A stretch of 30,362 nucleotides of DNA from the IMG/VR virus record IMGVR_UViG_3300020045_004287, positions 1 to 30,362 of that record; one strand, given 5' to 3'. The notes below the pieces were generated by a model. It saw only the letters and a list, made by a program, of their open reading frames with translations. It searched no databases and had not been told where the DNA came from. The stretch is from a virus. Taxonomy: Duplodnaviria; Caudoviricetes. Of this stretch, positions 17,402-25,888 are shown piece after piece. Position numbers and translations under genes: made by a program. Position 1 is the stretch's first letter, and every line of letters begins with the position of its first letter.

Positions 17402-17909
17402 CTTTTGTTTTTATTATAAAGTTTGCATCTTCATTTGTTACTATTAATACGTCAGGGTCGCCATCGTTTAAAACAAACTCGCCTAAACTTCTAACTAACG
17501 GTTCGCCATAACCTGTAATTACACCCGAAAAACTTAAAAAGTCGCCTACATTAGAAACTTCGCCTATTTCGGTAATATATCCTTTGCCGTAATCTACAAC
17601 AGGAAAAATAGAACCTTGTATTTTCCAATCTAAAAGCGTTCTGCTTCTTTTTAACAACTTCAATCTATCATAACTAGCTACGTTAAAATTACCACCCGCA
17701 ACCGTTGTGTTAATTTGTAAACCATCAAAGGGTATAGTATAATTTTGATTTATTGGACGACCTGTAAACCAACTATTGTTATCTCGTGTTGTTGTTGGTA
17801 GCATTTCGCTTGTTTCGCTTATTGAATTTCCATTCAAACAAGCAATAGGCAACCAATTACCTAAGTATTTAATAAATAAAATTCTATCTTCTCCGTTGGT
17901 AAATTCCAT
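17391..17909 (-). CDS. Tail tube-like paralog (minor tail protein)
   Basis: Aligns by eye with 22675..23118: GE..IL.I.....P.ACL..NS...TT, WKI, YG...IT..G, FS....G.G. Confidence 0.75.
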   Translation of the reverse strand: MEFTNGEDRILFIKYLGNWLPIACLNGNSISETSEMLPTTTRDNNSWFTGRPINQNYTIPFDGLQINTTVAGGNFNVASYDRLKLLKRSRTLLDWKIQGSIFPVVDYGKGYITEIGEVSNVGDFLSFSGVITGYGEPLVRSLGEFVLNDGDPDVLIVTNEDANFIIKTKDGN

Positions 17910-17913
17910 ACTA

Positions 17914-17945
17914 CAAATATAATTATTTTAATTTATTCTAAATAA
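17914..17945 (-). promoter_or_regulatory. -7 promoter TATATTTG (17914-21) plus 23-bp palindromic operator (17923-45)
   Basis: Operator sequence TTATTTTAATTTATTCTAAATAA. Confidence 0.6.
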
Positions 17946-17947
17946 AA

Positions 17948-20176
17948 TTAACCTTTAATTGTTGGTTTAATTGTATTATTACCGTAATCAGGTGTTATTT
18001 CATAAAGTATGTCCGCTAAATCATCATTATAAAACTGCATCATTTTTTGACTTACAATGTTTGTGTTAAGGTTATAAGACCACTCAATAAACATAAATAT
18101 TCCCACTATACCATCAATTTGAATGACCGATAAATACGGCATATACCCAAAAATATCACCTGAAAATATTTTAACAGGTCTTGATTGTATTCTTAAATCA
18201 TCCATTGCACTAATGCCTAATAACGGCAAGGTTTCAAACTTATTTTTTCTAGTCCAAGTAGTTGTTAAAGTTTCAAAATCATCTGTATAAATCGAACCTA
18301 CTAAAATCCTATCACCGTCACCATTAAATACTTTTTGATTTTCTTTAGTAATCGAACTAGGTGGTAAACGTCTTGAAACGGTATGATTTTCTCCTTTTAT
18401 ACCCTCTCTAGTAAGTTGGTTGTCTATAATATCTATTTTAGAATATTTTACTGTAGTTGTGGAATTATCGGTTATAAAAACGCTTGGAATAAATAATATT
18501 ACGTGTCGTATTTCTACAGTTATTTCACAATCATTAATAATAGGAGGCATTATTATTTCATTTGTAAAAAACCTTTCGGAGTTTTTAAAAGCCGAAGCCT
18601 TAACTCTAAATAAACTATTTGTAGTAGTCCATTCGTACGCTTGATTTAAAAAATATCCGTCGTCAGTTGAAATTCTAAAAAAAACTTCTATAGTTATACC
18701 TTTTGCAATGCCTCCGTTTTTTATAGTAGAAAATTTAGCTATAAAATTTAAAACATCATTAGCTGAAGCTAATATAGAAGTTGAGGTTAATATTGTTATT
18801 GGTGTTGCATCTTTTTCAACTAATAATTCAAGACCTGATGTTTCTATTGGATTGGGAACTATTTGTATTTCATCGGTAGGTAAAACGGGGTTTGTTTCCC
18901 AAAATTCAAACTCCATATCCGAATTATGGTTTAGATTAGGGTTTTTTATTAATCCCTCTAAAAATCCGTATTCGTAATTTAATCTATAAGCAGAAACTGC
19001 TCCTTTTGTTTCTATTTGCTGATTAGCACCACAATGATGTGGGAAAAAGTTATTAATTTGACTTCCTAAGACCGTGTTAAAATTATAATTAAAAACCTCG
19101 TCGGTTGTTTGGTTTATAAATTCTGTAAATCCTGTTGCCTGTAAATCGTTAGGGCGAAATATCCACCATTTACCATCCTGTTGCGTAATAACTGCCGACA
19201 ATAGATTTAAAACCGAAGTTAAAACCTCGTTACAATCCATTATAATAACGTCGTTACTTTCTTTTATAAAACGTGACGAGTTAAGATAAACATCTTTTAA
19301 AATATTCACTCCTGTATATCCGTTGTATTCCAAAGCTATACTTGTATTAATATCTAAAGTCAATCTTGTTCTTTTTAAACACGCTTCAATTATTTCGTAA
19401 AAAGATAATTTACCTGTGTATTGAAGTCCGTTAGTTTGTACAAAAGACAAATCTTTCAATGCTCCAAGTCCGTCGGTACTTTCAATATTTACAAGCCACT
19501 CATCATTTACAAAACTTTGTTGCGTTCCATCGGGTTTAATATATCCCTCAAAAAACACTAAACCATCTTTTAATAATTCGGTTTTATAAGTGAACTCATC
19601 CGACAAAGCAAACTCATCATAAGTTAGTGATTGATTAGCTAATAATGACAATTGTAATCCTGTTCCCCTTACTGGTTCTAAAATAGTATCAACTGTAGAT
19701 TTATTTATAGTAATCGAGCCAAATATTTCAGAAGACGTACCAGCGTAATTTTGTTTAAATATGTTTAATCTATAATTATCGAAAATCAAATAATAGATTA
19801 GATTTATTTCTTGCGGTTCTACATCCTCAACACTTAAAGTAATATTTGCATTTATTCCGCTACCTATTAATACCGAAGCATCCGCATTTATAAAAACCTC
19901 GATAGTATTGTCAACTACACTGTAAAAAATTAAATCGTTTACAAAAGCTATTCTTAAGTAATCTACTGTTTTTTCTAAAGTATCTTGTAAATTAGCACCG
20001 ATAGCCAATTCAACAATCGTTTCAGGCTCATCACCAAAAGGAATGTATTGTATATTTAAATCCGATAATCCGTTAGTGTAAAACAAATCAAAGCCATCAA
20101 TAGTAATCGAATAACTAAATCCTGTATTATCTGTTACTGGTTGCGCCGAAAAATTAATTATAATCTTTTTTGCCAT
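17948..20176 (-). CDS. Tail-tip/hub protein
   Basis: 742 aa after the TMP gene; FEGYIKPDG, STDGLGALKD, C.EVL..VL and ITQQDGKWWI motifs typical of Bacteroidota phage tail proteins. Confidence 0.7.
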   Translation of the reverse strand: MAKKIIINFSAQPVTDNTGFSYSITIDGFDLFYTNGLSDLNIQYIPFGDEPETIVELAIGANLQDTLEKTVDYLRIAFVNDLIFYSVVDNTIEVFINADASVLIGSGINANITLSVEDVEPQEINLIYYLIFDNYRLNIFKQNYAGTSSEIFGSITINKSTVDTILEPVRGTGLQLSLLANQSLTYDEFALSDEFTYKTELLKDGLVFFEGYIKPDGTQQSFVNDEWLVNIESTDGLGALKDLSFVQTNGLQYTGKLSFYEIIEACLKRTRLTLDINTSIALEYNGYTGVNILKDVYLNSSRFIKESNDVIIMDCNEVLTSVLNLLSAVITQQDGKWWIFRPNDLQATGFTEFINQTTDEVFNYNFNTVLGSQINNFFPHHCGANQQIETKGAVSAYRLNYEYGFLEGLIKNPNLNHNSDMEFEFWETNPVLPTDEIQIVPNPIETSGLELLVEKDATPITILTSTSILASANDVLNFIAKFSTIKNGGIAKGITIEVFFRISTDDGYFLNQAYEWTTTNSLFRVKASAFKNSERFFTNEIIMPPIINDCEITVEIRHVILFIPSVFITDNSTTTVKYSKIDIIDNQLTREGIKGENHTVSRRLPPSSITKENQKVFNGDGDRILVGSIYTDDFETLTTTWTRKNKFETLPLLGISAMDDLRIQSRPVKIFSGDIFGYMPYLSVIQIDGIVGIFMFIEWSYNLNTNIVSQKMMQFYNDDLADILYEITPDYGNNTIKPTIKG

Positions 20177-21999
20177 TATCCTAAAGTTATTTGACCGCCT
20201 AAACGTCTATTTGCATTCAATGTATTACTTAGTACACCGATTAATTTTTGCCCCGCTATTTCAAAAACAACTGTACCACCATTATTTGAACCGCCCGAAA
20301 AACCTGAACTTGTAAAACTTGAGTTATTTGCTCCACTTCCTGTTGAGCCGTTTGCGCCTCCGCTACCACCAACTGAACTACCAATTGATTTAGATTTAGC
20401 ACTAAAAAACGAACCTAAAGCAACTAACGCTACACCTGCTCCAATTGCAACGGCTGGATTTAATGATTTTAACGAGGATTTAATAGCCAGCAACCCAACT
20501 CCAACTTGTATTGCCATTTTACCCATATCAACTAAAATAGCCCCTAAAGAATCTAATAGTGTTGCCCCAATTGCTTCAAAAACACTTGTACCATTAGCTA
20601 AAGCATTGCCTATTGCGCTACCAATTCCAGCAAAGGTATTTACTATTGAATTATTTATGATTTCACTTGCTTTGTTATTGAAGTCAATTAAAGCTAAAGC
20701 CATAGCAATACCAGCCTCATCAACTGCGTTTTTTATCTCAGGAAGCGTTGATTTAATAACACCTGGCAACTCTTTTATTTTATTTCCAAAAGCATCAACT
20801 TGACCGTTAAAAGCCTCAATTTGGTTTACATCAAATAATGGTGCTGGAATTATTAATTTCGGTATTCCTTTAACTTGTGGCGTGTTAAATGTTTTTGAAG
20901 GCTTACCAACTTCATTATCACCAAAGAAATTAAAATTAAAATTCTTTGCTATTTTAGCAGCGTCTTGTTGAAACTTTTTAGCTATATCTAAATTTCGTTT
21001 CGCTGCATCAGCATTTACTTTTATTTCTTCATCTTGTCTTTTTTTAGCTTGTTGTTGTAACGATTTTTGCTTTGCTTCATATTGTTCTTTACTTCTAGTT
21101 TGAGTTAAATCAGCATCTAAAAAAGCGTTTGTAAATTCGGATATTTTTTTAAGTCTTGTTTCTTCTACTTTTAATAAATCTTTTGCAGCTTGGTCTAAGG
21201 CTATATTTGCAGCTGCCTTAAACAAAGTCATTTTTATATAAGCGTCCCCAGTTTCGATAAGTCTTTTTTCGGCTTGTTCTAAAGAGTTTACTATGCCTGT
21301 TGTTTTACCTATAGTTTCATTGTAATTTTTAACTACTTGGTCTTTGTTTAAAAAGCCTTGTTTTGCTAAATCAATTTGATTTTTTAAATCATTTACATTT
21401 GTAACCGCCTCCTGAACTGTTTTACTATTAAACGCTTGCTCTGTTACGCTTTTTAACGCTTCTTTGTATTTATCAGTATTTCCAGTTAATTTATTTATAA
21501 CATCGCCTAAAGTTAAACCTGATTGACTTAATAGTGTAAATCCTGTAGTCAACAACGAAACACCTAATAAAATCCCCCCTGTTCCCGCTATCGATGAAGC
21601 CAACGCTTTTAATGCGCCACCTGTAGAGCCTGTTTGTTGTTTTAAGAAACTAAAACTTTCAGCAGTTGCAGTTAAATTGTTACCAATTCCAATAATTCCA
21701 AAAGGGGCATCTTGCGCAATACGTGAAAACTGCAAAAGTGTATTCGAACCATTACCAACTTGTTTAGTAAATTGACCGCCAATAACACCGCCTGTATCTT
21801 TAACCGTTGTTTTTAATTGGTTTAGATTAGCTTTAGCGTCTTTTATTTGAGCGGTTATTTCTTTAGTATCAAGACCAAGTTTTATTTTCTCTAGTTTTAC
21901 TTTAGAAAGTTCTTTTATATCAAATTCTACCTCTTTGATTTTTTTATCAAAGTCGGTTTTATCTGCTCCAATTTGTACCTCTAATTTACCTCCGTTCAT
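20176..21999 (-). CDS. Tail tape measure protein (module B)
   Basis: 607 aa; LEVQIGAD start, FSRIAQDAPFGIIGIGNN, A/G-rich helices. Confidence 0.9.
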   Translation of the reverse strand: MNGGKLEVQIGADKTDFDKKIKEVEFDIKELSKVKLEKIKLGLDTKEITAQIKDAKANLNQLKTTVKDTGGVIGGQFTKQVGNGSNTLLQFSRIAQDAPFGIIGIGNNLTATAESFSFLKQQTGSTGGALKALASSIAGTGGILLGVSLLTTGFTLLSQSGLTLGDVINKLTGNTDKYKEALKSVTEQAFNSKTVQEAVTNVNDLKNQIDLAKQGFLNKDQVVKNYNETIGKTTGIVNSLEQAEKRLIETGDAYIKMTLFKAAANIALDQAAKDLLKVEETRLKKISEFTNAFLDADLTQTRSKEQYEAKQKSLQQQAKKRQDEEIKVNADAAKRNLDIAKKFQQDAAKIAKNFNFNFFGDNEVGKPSKTFNTPQVKGIPKLIIPAPLFDVNQIEAFNGQVDAFGNKIKELPGVIKSTLPEIKNAVDEAGIAMALALIDFNNKASEIINNSIVNTFAGIGSAIGNALANGTSVFEAIGATLLDSLGAILVDMGKMAIQVGVGLLAIKSSLKSLNPAVAIGAGVALVALGSFFSAKSKSIGSSVGGSGGANGSTGSGANNSSFTSSGFSGGSNNGGTVVFEIAGQKLIGVLSNTLNANRRLGGQITLG

Positions 22000-22340
22000 T
22001 GCTTTTGTGTTTTATCAATGTATTTTTTGTATTCCTGTAAAAATAACATTTTACTATTTTCTGAAACACCGCCTTTACTAATCAAATTTTCATCACCCAA
22101 TGGTAAAAACTTTTGCTTTCTTTTTTCCATTTTTTTAGGGTCTTGATGTGGTGCAATATATGTAGTCCACATTAATTCCCTTAACTTTTGCCAATCGTAT
22201 AAATCTTGCCTTTTATAAGCAAAAAGCCTGATTTGAAATTCTGCCCACGTCATTGCGTACACGAAATCCAAATCAGGACACTTTAACTCACCTAGCGCAA
22301 ATGATATTACATCTTCTGCCCAGTTTATTTTTTCGTTACT
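21996..22340 (-). CDS. Tail assembly chaperone, -1 frameshifted C-terminal part (gpT-like)
   Basis: The frame is open from the A9G slippery run: SNEKINWAEDVISFALGELKCPDLDFVYAMTWAEF... Confidence 0.8.
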   Translation of the reverse strand, partial: SNEKINWAEDVISFALGELKCPDLDFVYAMTWAEFQIRLFAYKRQDLYDWQKLRELMWTTYIAPHQDPKKMEKRKQKFLPLGDENLISKGGVSENSKMLFLQEYKKYIDKTQKQ

Positions 22341-22675
22341 TTTTTTTTATCTTTACTCTCAGGAACATCTTTAGTTAATGATTGGCTAAAAGCTAATTCA
22401 AAAGATTTGTAAACATCACTTTCAAAACCTCCAGCTTCTTCAATCCAATCAGTAACATCAAACGACGTAAAAGGAATTGCTTCTCCAAGTTTTACATAAC
22501 CAAAAGCACAACTGTAGTACATTATAAGCGGATTCCATTTATAAGGGTTTGCAGTTGCTTTTATTCCAATTTCTTGAATACTAATATTTTCGCTTTCAAG
22601 TAAATTACCTAAAAAACCTAGTCCAAAATAAAACGTGCGGTCTTGACCTCCGATATTTAAAGTTATTTGTTTCAT
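22325..22675 (-). CDS. Tail assembly chaperone (gpG-like)
   Basis: 116 aa between tube and TMP genes; ends DKKKVTKK over a slippery run. Confidence 0.85.
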   Translation of the reverse strand: MKQITLNIGGQDRTFYFGLGFLGNLLESENISIQEIGIKATANPYKWNPLIMYYSCAFGYVKLGEAIPFTSFDVTDWIEEAGGFESDVYKSFELAFSQSLTKDVPESKDKKKVTKK

Positions 22676-23118
22676 TAAGCCTCAGGGTCTGTTAATAAAA
22701 TAGTTCCGTCACCACTTAAAGAAGCCGAGAAAGTTGTAACCTCATCGCCACTTCCAGCGGTGTCGCCTAAATCAGTAATAAATGCAGTACCGTAATATTT
22801 AATCGAACCCGCATCGGTTACGTCAGTATCTATTTTCCAAGTTACTAAAGTTTTAGCCATCTGCAAAGCCAATAAGGCATCGTGTGAAATTTTAGTATCA
22901 TCACCACCAACAGAAGTAGTATCGATATACTCACCTTCAGCATCAATAGTGTAGTTAAATTGTCCAGCTGTTTTTTTAACAACGCCTGGAAAACATTTTG
23001 TTGTACTTTCAATAACTGAAAGTGTGCTATTTAAGCTATTTGAAGTTAAACAAGCAACTGGCTTATAAGCCGAAGTATCGTATATATATAAGATACTATT
23101 TTCTCCTTTAATACTCAT
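22675..23118 (-). CDS. Major tail tube protein
   Basis: 147 aa; IESTTK, YYGTAFITDL and VTTFSASLSGDG, lambda/TP901-type tube pattern. Confidence 0.88.
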   Translation of the reverse strand: MSIKGENSILYIYDTSAYKPVACLTSNSLNSTLSVIESTTKCFPGVVKKTAGQFNYTIDAEGEYIDTTSVGGDDTKISHDALLALQMAKTLVTWKIDTDVTDAGSIKYYGTAFITDLGDTAGSGDEVTTFSASLSGDGTILLTDPEA

Positions 23119-23145
23119 TTCTTTTTAGTTTTTTAATTGTTGTTT

Positions 23146-23182
23146 CAAAGATACAAATTTTATTTATAAATAATCTAAATAA
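23146..23182 (-). promoter_or_regulatory. -7 promoter TATCTTTG (23146-53) plus palindromic operator (23160-82)
   Basis: Operator sequence TTATTTATAAATAATCTAAATAA. Confidence 0.6.
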
Positions 23183-23189
23183 GAATAAT

Positions 23190-23591
23190 TTATTCTAAAG
23201 TTAATATAACCCGAATAAAATTTCTGTAAACTGTTTGTGTTGATGTACTTGTGTTTAGTGTAGATGGAAACTCAAAACGTCTATTAACTACCGTATAACC
23301 ATCAATTTCAATATCTTTTATTAGTTGGTAAATTTCGTTTTCTGCATCATCATTCGCTAATCTACTACCGACATTTCCAGCACCGTTATAAATATCTACT
23401 ATATCTAACAAAGTATAAGAAATCCATCGACTACCGCATTTAGTAGCTTTGTCTATTTCTTTGTCTTGCGTTGATATAATAACGTATTGACTTGGAGCGT
23501 TGCTACTAGTTGCTTGACTATCAAAACAAGGATATTCGGGATTGACTAAATCAAAAATAGCTTTACGAACGAACTTTGACGGATTTACCAT
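23190..23591 (-). CDS. Putative tail terminator protein
   Basis: 133 aa immediately upstream of the tube gene; P..YVII motif. Confidence 0.65.
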   Translation of the reverse strand: MVNPSKFVRKAIFDLVNPEYPCFDSQATSSNAPSQYVIISTQDKEIDKATKCGSRWISYTLLDIVDIYNGAGNVGSRLANDDAENEIYQLIKDIEIDGYTVVNRRFEFPSTLNTSTSTQTVYRNFIRVILTLE

Positions 23592-24003
23592 ATTTTTCTA
23601 ATACTTTTTTTAATTTATCAATATACTCTTGTCGTCCCCTTATTAATGCTGGATATAAAAAAGGTCTTGGTCTTAAATTTATTTGCTTAATTCCTTTACC
23701 TTTAAATTTAATTGCTTGTTCTTTTAACTCGTCAGGAACTTGAACAAGCCCTCCAGTTCCAAACTCTACAAATGGCGCGTAAGGTGCTAAAACTCCACCC
23801 GCTTCAATTTTCCAATTAGTTGGACTTTCTTTTTTAGACTGTATTGATTGCCCTAATTTACCTAAATCAGTAGGCGCGTTTTGTTTTGCATAGTTTTCAA
23901 TCTTACGAGCAACTTGCTCAGTAACTCCGGCAATATCTTTTTCGGCTTCAGCTCCGTATTTACGCAAATTAGAAATAACAGTATTTAAACCTTTAATCTC
24001 CAT
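23563..24003 (-). CDS. HK97 gp10-like neck protein
   Basis: AKQNAPTDLGKLGQSI, YAPFVEFGT and PRPFLYPA. Confidence 0.9.
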   Translation of the reverse strand: MEIKGLNTVISNLRKYGAEAEKDIAGVTEQVARKIENYAKQNAPTDLGKLGQSIQSKKESPTNWKIEAGGVLAPYAPFVEFGTGGLVQVPDELKEQAIKFKGKGIKQINLRPRPFLYPALIRGRQEYIDKLKKVLEKYGKSVKVRS

Positions 24004-24329
24004 TAATCTCTTTGTGTTGTTGTAATTTCTAAATCGATTGTGTCTAAACCAATTTCAACTATCCCGTCAATGTTATAAGACTTGTTTTTATACTTAATAA
24101 AATTATCTTTTAATGATAATGTAAAATTAGTATTTTGACGTATAATAAAAATTTGACTTTGTAAATTATCGTTTTGACCGTTTTCGTTTTCGAATTTAGC
24201 AGTTTTAGTTTTTACAAAAGCCCAAACAGTACGTAACAAAGCAGTAGTAACGGTATTACCACCGAAACCATCGGGTACGGTTGTTGTTTCCCAAACTTCT
24301 ATTTGCTTTGTGTATTTACGTGCTTCCAT
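24003..24329 (-). CDS. Head closure protein (SPP1 gp16-like)
   Basis: PDGFGG...TVWAFV...FIIR...IKYKNKSYNI. Confidence 0.85.
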   Translation of the reverse strand: MEARKYTKQIEVWETTTVPDGFGGNTVTTALLRTVWAFVKTKTAKFENENGQNDNLQSQIFIIRQNTNFTLSLKDNFIKYKNKSYNIDGIVEIGLDTIDLEITTTQRD

Positions 24330-24790
24330 TAAATAAACCTCCTATTAACATCAATTGCTTGAATTACCGATAAAGGAATTAAACTTGTATTAGTTTGCTT
24401 TTCTCCCTCATAAAACCACACCTTAATAATTTGCAAACCAGCATCGATTAACTCGCTTGGAATATCCTCTAAATTACTATAACCAATAGTAAGCGTAACC
24501 ACATCGTTAACCGTCGGTACAATGGCGTACAAAGGTCTGTATTTAATATCTAATTCCGTTTCAGAATTATCAATCGGGTAATCATAAACTTTCACCTGCT
24601 GAACTAAAGCACAATCTTTGTAATAGACTTTTTCACGTGTTTTAAAAATATGGTTTGTTCGCTTTTCAATAAATGACAAAGCCGAATTAATCATTTGCGT
24701 GATTTCATCATCCGTTACCGTTTGGTCGTCGTCGATACGTAAATATAATTTAGCTTGCTCAAGCGATATTACATCGGTGTAATTTGTCAT
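24329..24790 (-). CDS. Head-tail connector (HK97 gp6-like)
   Basis: ISLEQAKLYLRID...DDEI..MI.SA..FIE..T, IP.EL..A and WFY. Confidence 0.9.
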   Translation of the reverse strand: MTNYTDVISLEQAKLYLRIDDDQTVTDDEITQMINSALSFIEKRTNHIFKTREKVYYKDCALVQQVKVYDYPIDNSETELDIKYRPLYAIVPTVNDVVTLTIGYSNLEDIPSELIDAGLQIIKVWFYEGEKQTNTSLIPLSVIQAIDVNRRFI

Positions 24791-24990
24791 TTTTTATTAG
24801 CTTTTTTTATTTCCTTATCAGCTTGATTTGGTGTTTTCTTTGTAGCAATACCAAATGTTTCGTGTTCAATTAATCCGTAGTGAGCTTTTTCTTCCGCTTC
24901 TTCGTCGCTCAATTCAATCGTATCACCAACTATATAATTTGTTTTATTAGATAGTTTATAGAAATCTCTTTTTACTTTGTATTGTTTCAT
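24787..24990 (-). CDS. Small head-associated hypothetical protein
   Basis: YKVKRDF....Y.VGDTIELSDEEA; typical of small post-capsid genes. Confidence 0.7.
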   Translation of the reverse strand: MKQYKVKRDFYKLSNKTNYIVGDTIELSDEEAEEKAHYGLIEHETFGIATKKTPNQADKEIKKANKK

Positions 24991-25229
24991 AATTGTTGCT
25001 CAATTAAGTTAGTAAAATCGCATATTTGATTAATATTAATATAGTCTTGGTAATCGTTAACTTTATATCTTTTATTGTTAAAGTCAGAAAATTTAACAAT
25101 AATAAAATCGCCTCTTGCATCAATGCCACGACTTAAAATCGTAAAGCATTCTGCTTGTTGCGGTTCGGTTATTTCATCGGAACTACACGAAAACAAAGCT
25201 AATAATAATATTAAAAATAGTCTTTTCAT
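24987..25229 (-). CDS. Small lipoprotein
   Basis: MKRLFLILLLALFS|C signal peptide II, followed by SSDE. Confidence 0.85.
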   Translation of the reverse strand: MKRLFLILLLALFSCSSDEITEPQQAECFTILSRGIDARGDFIIVKFSDFNNKRYKVNDYQDYININQICDFTNLIEQQL

Positions 25230-25262
25230 TTATTTAGATTAAATATTAATAAGTCAAAGATA
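25230..25262 (-). promoter_or_regulatory. -7 promoter TATCTTTG (25255-62) with palindromic operator (25230-52) between it and the ATG
   Basis: Operator sequence TTATTTAGATTAAATATTAATAA. Confidence 0.55.
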
Positions 25263-25294
25263 TAAAAAATATTTATTTATTTGAAAAATAGTTT

Positions 25295-25302
25295 TATATT
25301 TG
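25295..25302 (+). promoter_or_regulatory. -7 promoter TATATTTG, divergent from the lipoprotein promoter
   Basis: Consensus TAnnTTTG; no clear -33 element. Confidence 0.55.
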
Positions 25303-25307
25303 CTTTA

Positions 25308-25509
25308 TCAATATTTGATAGCCTACACTTTATTCGATAGGTTGCACGATAAAATTTTATATTTTATAAGGGTTAGTATAAACTGCTAACTTAAACAGGG
25401 TAGGATACTGTTGGTGTAATTCGATTAATATTGATAAAGAAACAAACGTATGAAGATGTACGTCACAACTAAAAACAACCAAAAGACCTATGTAATGTAG
25501 GTCTTTTTT
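25308..25509 (+). ncRNA. Putative structured sRNA or attenuator leader
   Basis: About 200 nt between promoter and terminator with several stems and no credible ORF. Confidence 0.45.
25481..25509 (+). terminator. Intrinsic terminator upstream of the moron CDS
   Basis: AAAAGACCTA-tgtaatg-TAGGTCTTTT followed by TT. Confidence 0.8.
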
Positions 25510-25522
25510 AATTTGTAGAATT

Positions 25523-25858
25523 ATGAAAAATAAATTTAAAATTATTATCGACATTCTTTTTAAAAACAAAGAATATGTAGAAAAAACTTTTTCAATTAAA
25601 ACAGATTACAAAGGTATTAACCATTATAAACCCGAAACTATTGAAATGTTAGGTCGTTTTGTTTTGCCTCAATATCAAACTATTAGTGATGAAGATTGTT
25701 TTAAAAAAGCCATTAGAAATGTTTTTGAAAGCAAAGATATTTTTGATTTTATTCAAAAAGAAAAGAATGTAGGTTATGAGAGTTTGGATTTTGTTAAAAA
25801 TGAATTTACTACGGTTTACGATGTTAAAATTAATTTATATAAAAAACCCTCCGATTAA
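25523..25858 (+). CDS. Hypothetical moron protein on the opposite strand
   Basis: 111-aa ORF inserted between capsid and head-completion genes. Confidence 0.65.
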   Translation: MKNKFKIIIDILFKNKEYVEKTFSIKTDYKGINHYKPETIEMLGRFVLPQYQTISDEDCFKKAIRNVFESKDIFDFIQKEKNVGYESLDFVKNEFTTVYDVKINLYKKPSD

Positions 25859-25867
25859 AGAGGGTTT
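25841..25867 (-). terminator. Terminator after the major capsid gene
   Basis: AAACCCTC (25844-51) / GAGGGTTT (25860-67) with a U-run on the minus strand. Confidence 0.75.
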
Positions 25868-25888
25868 ATAAAACTATAGATTAACTAA

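Noticed and set aside
25357-25569. 70-aa minus-strand ORF
   Set aside because: It overlaps the + moron gene, terminator and structured RNA, and has no motif support.
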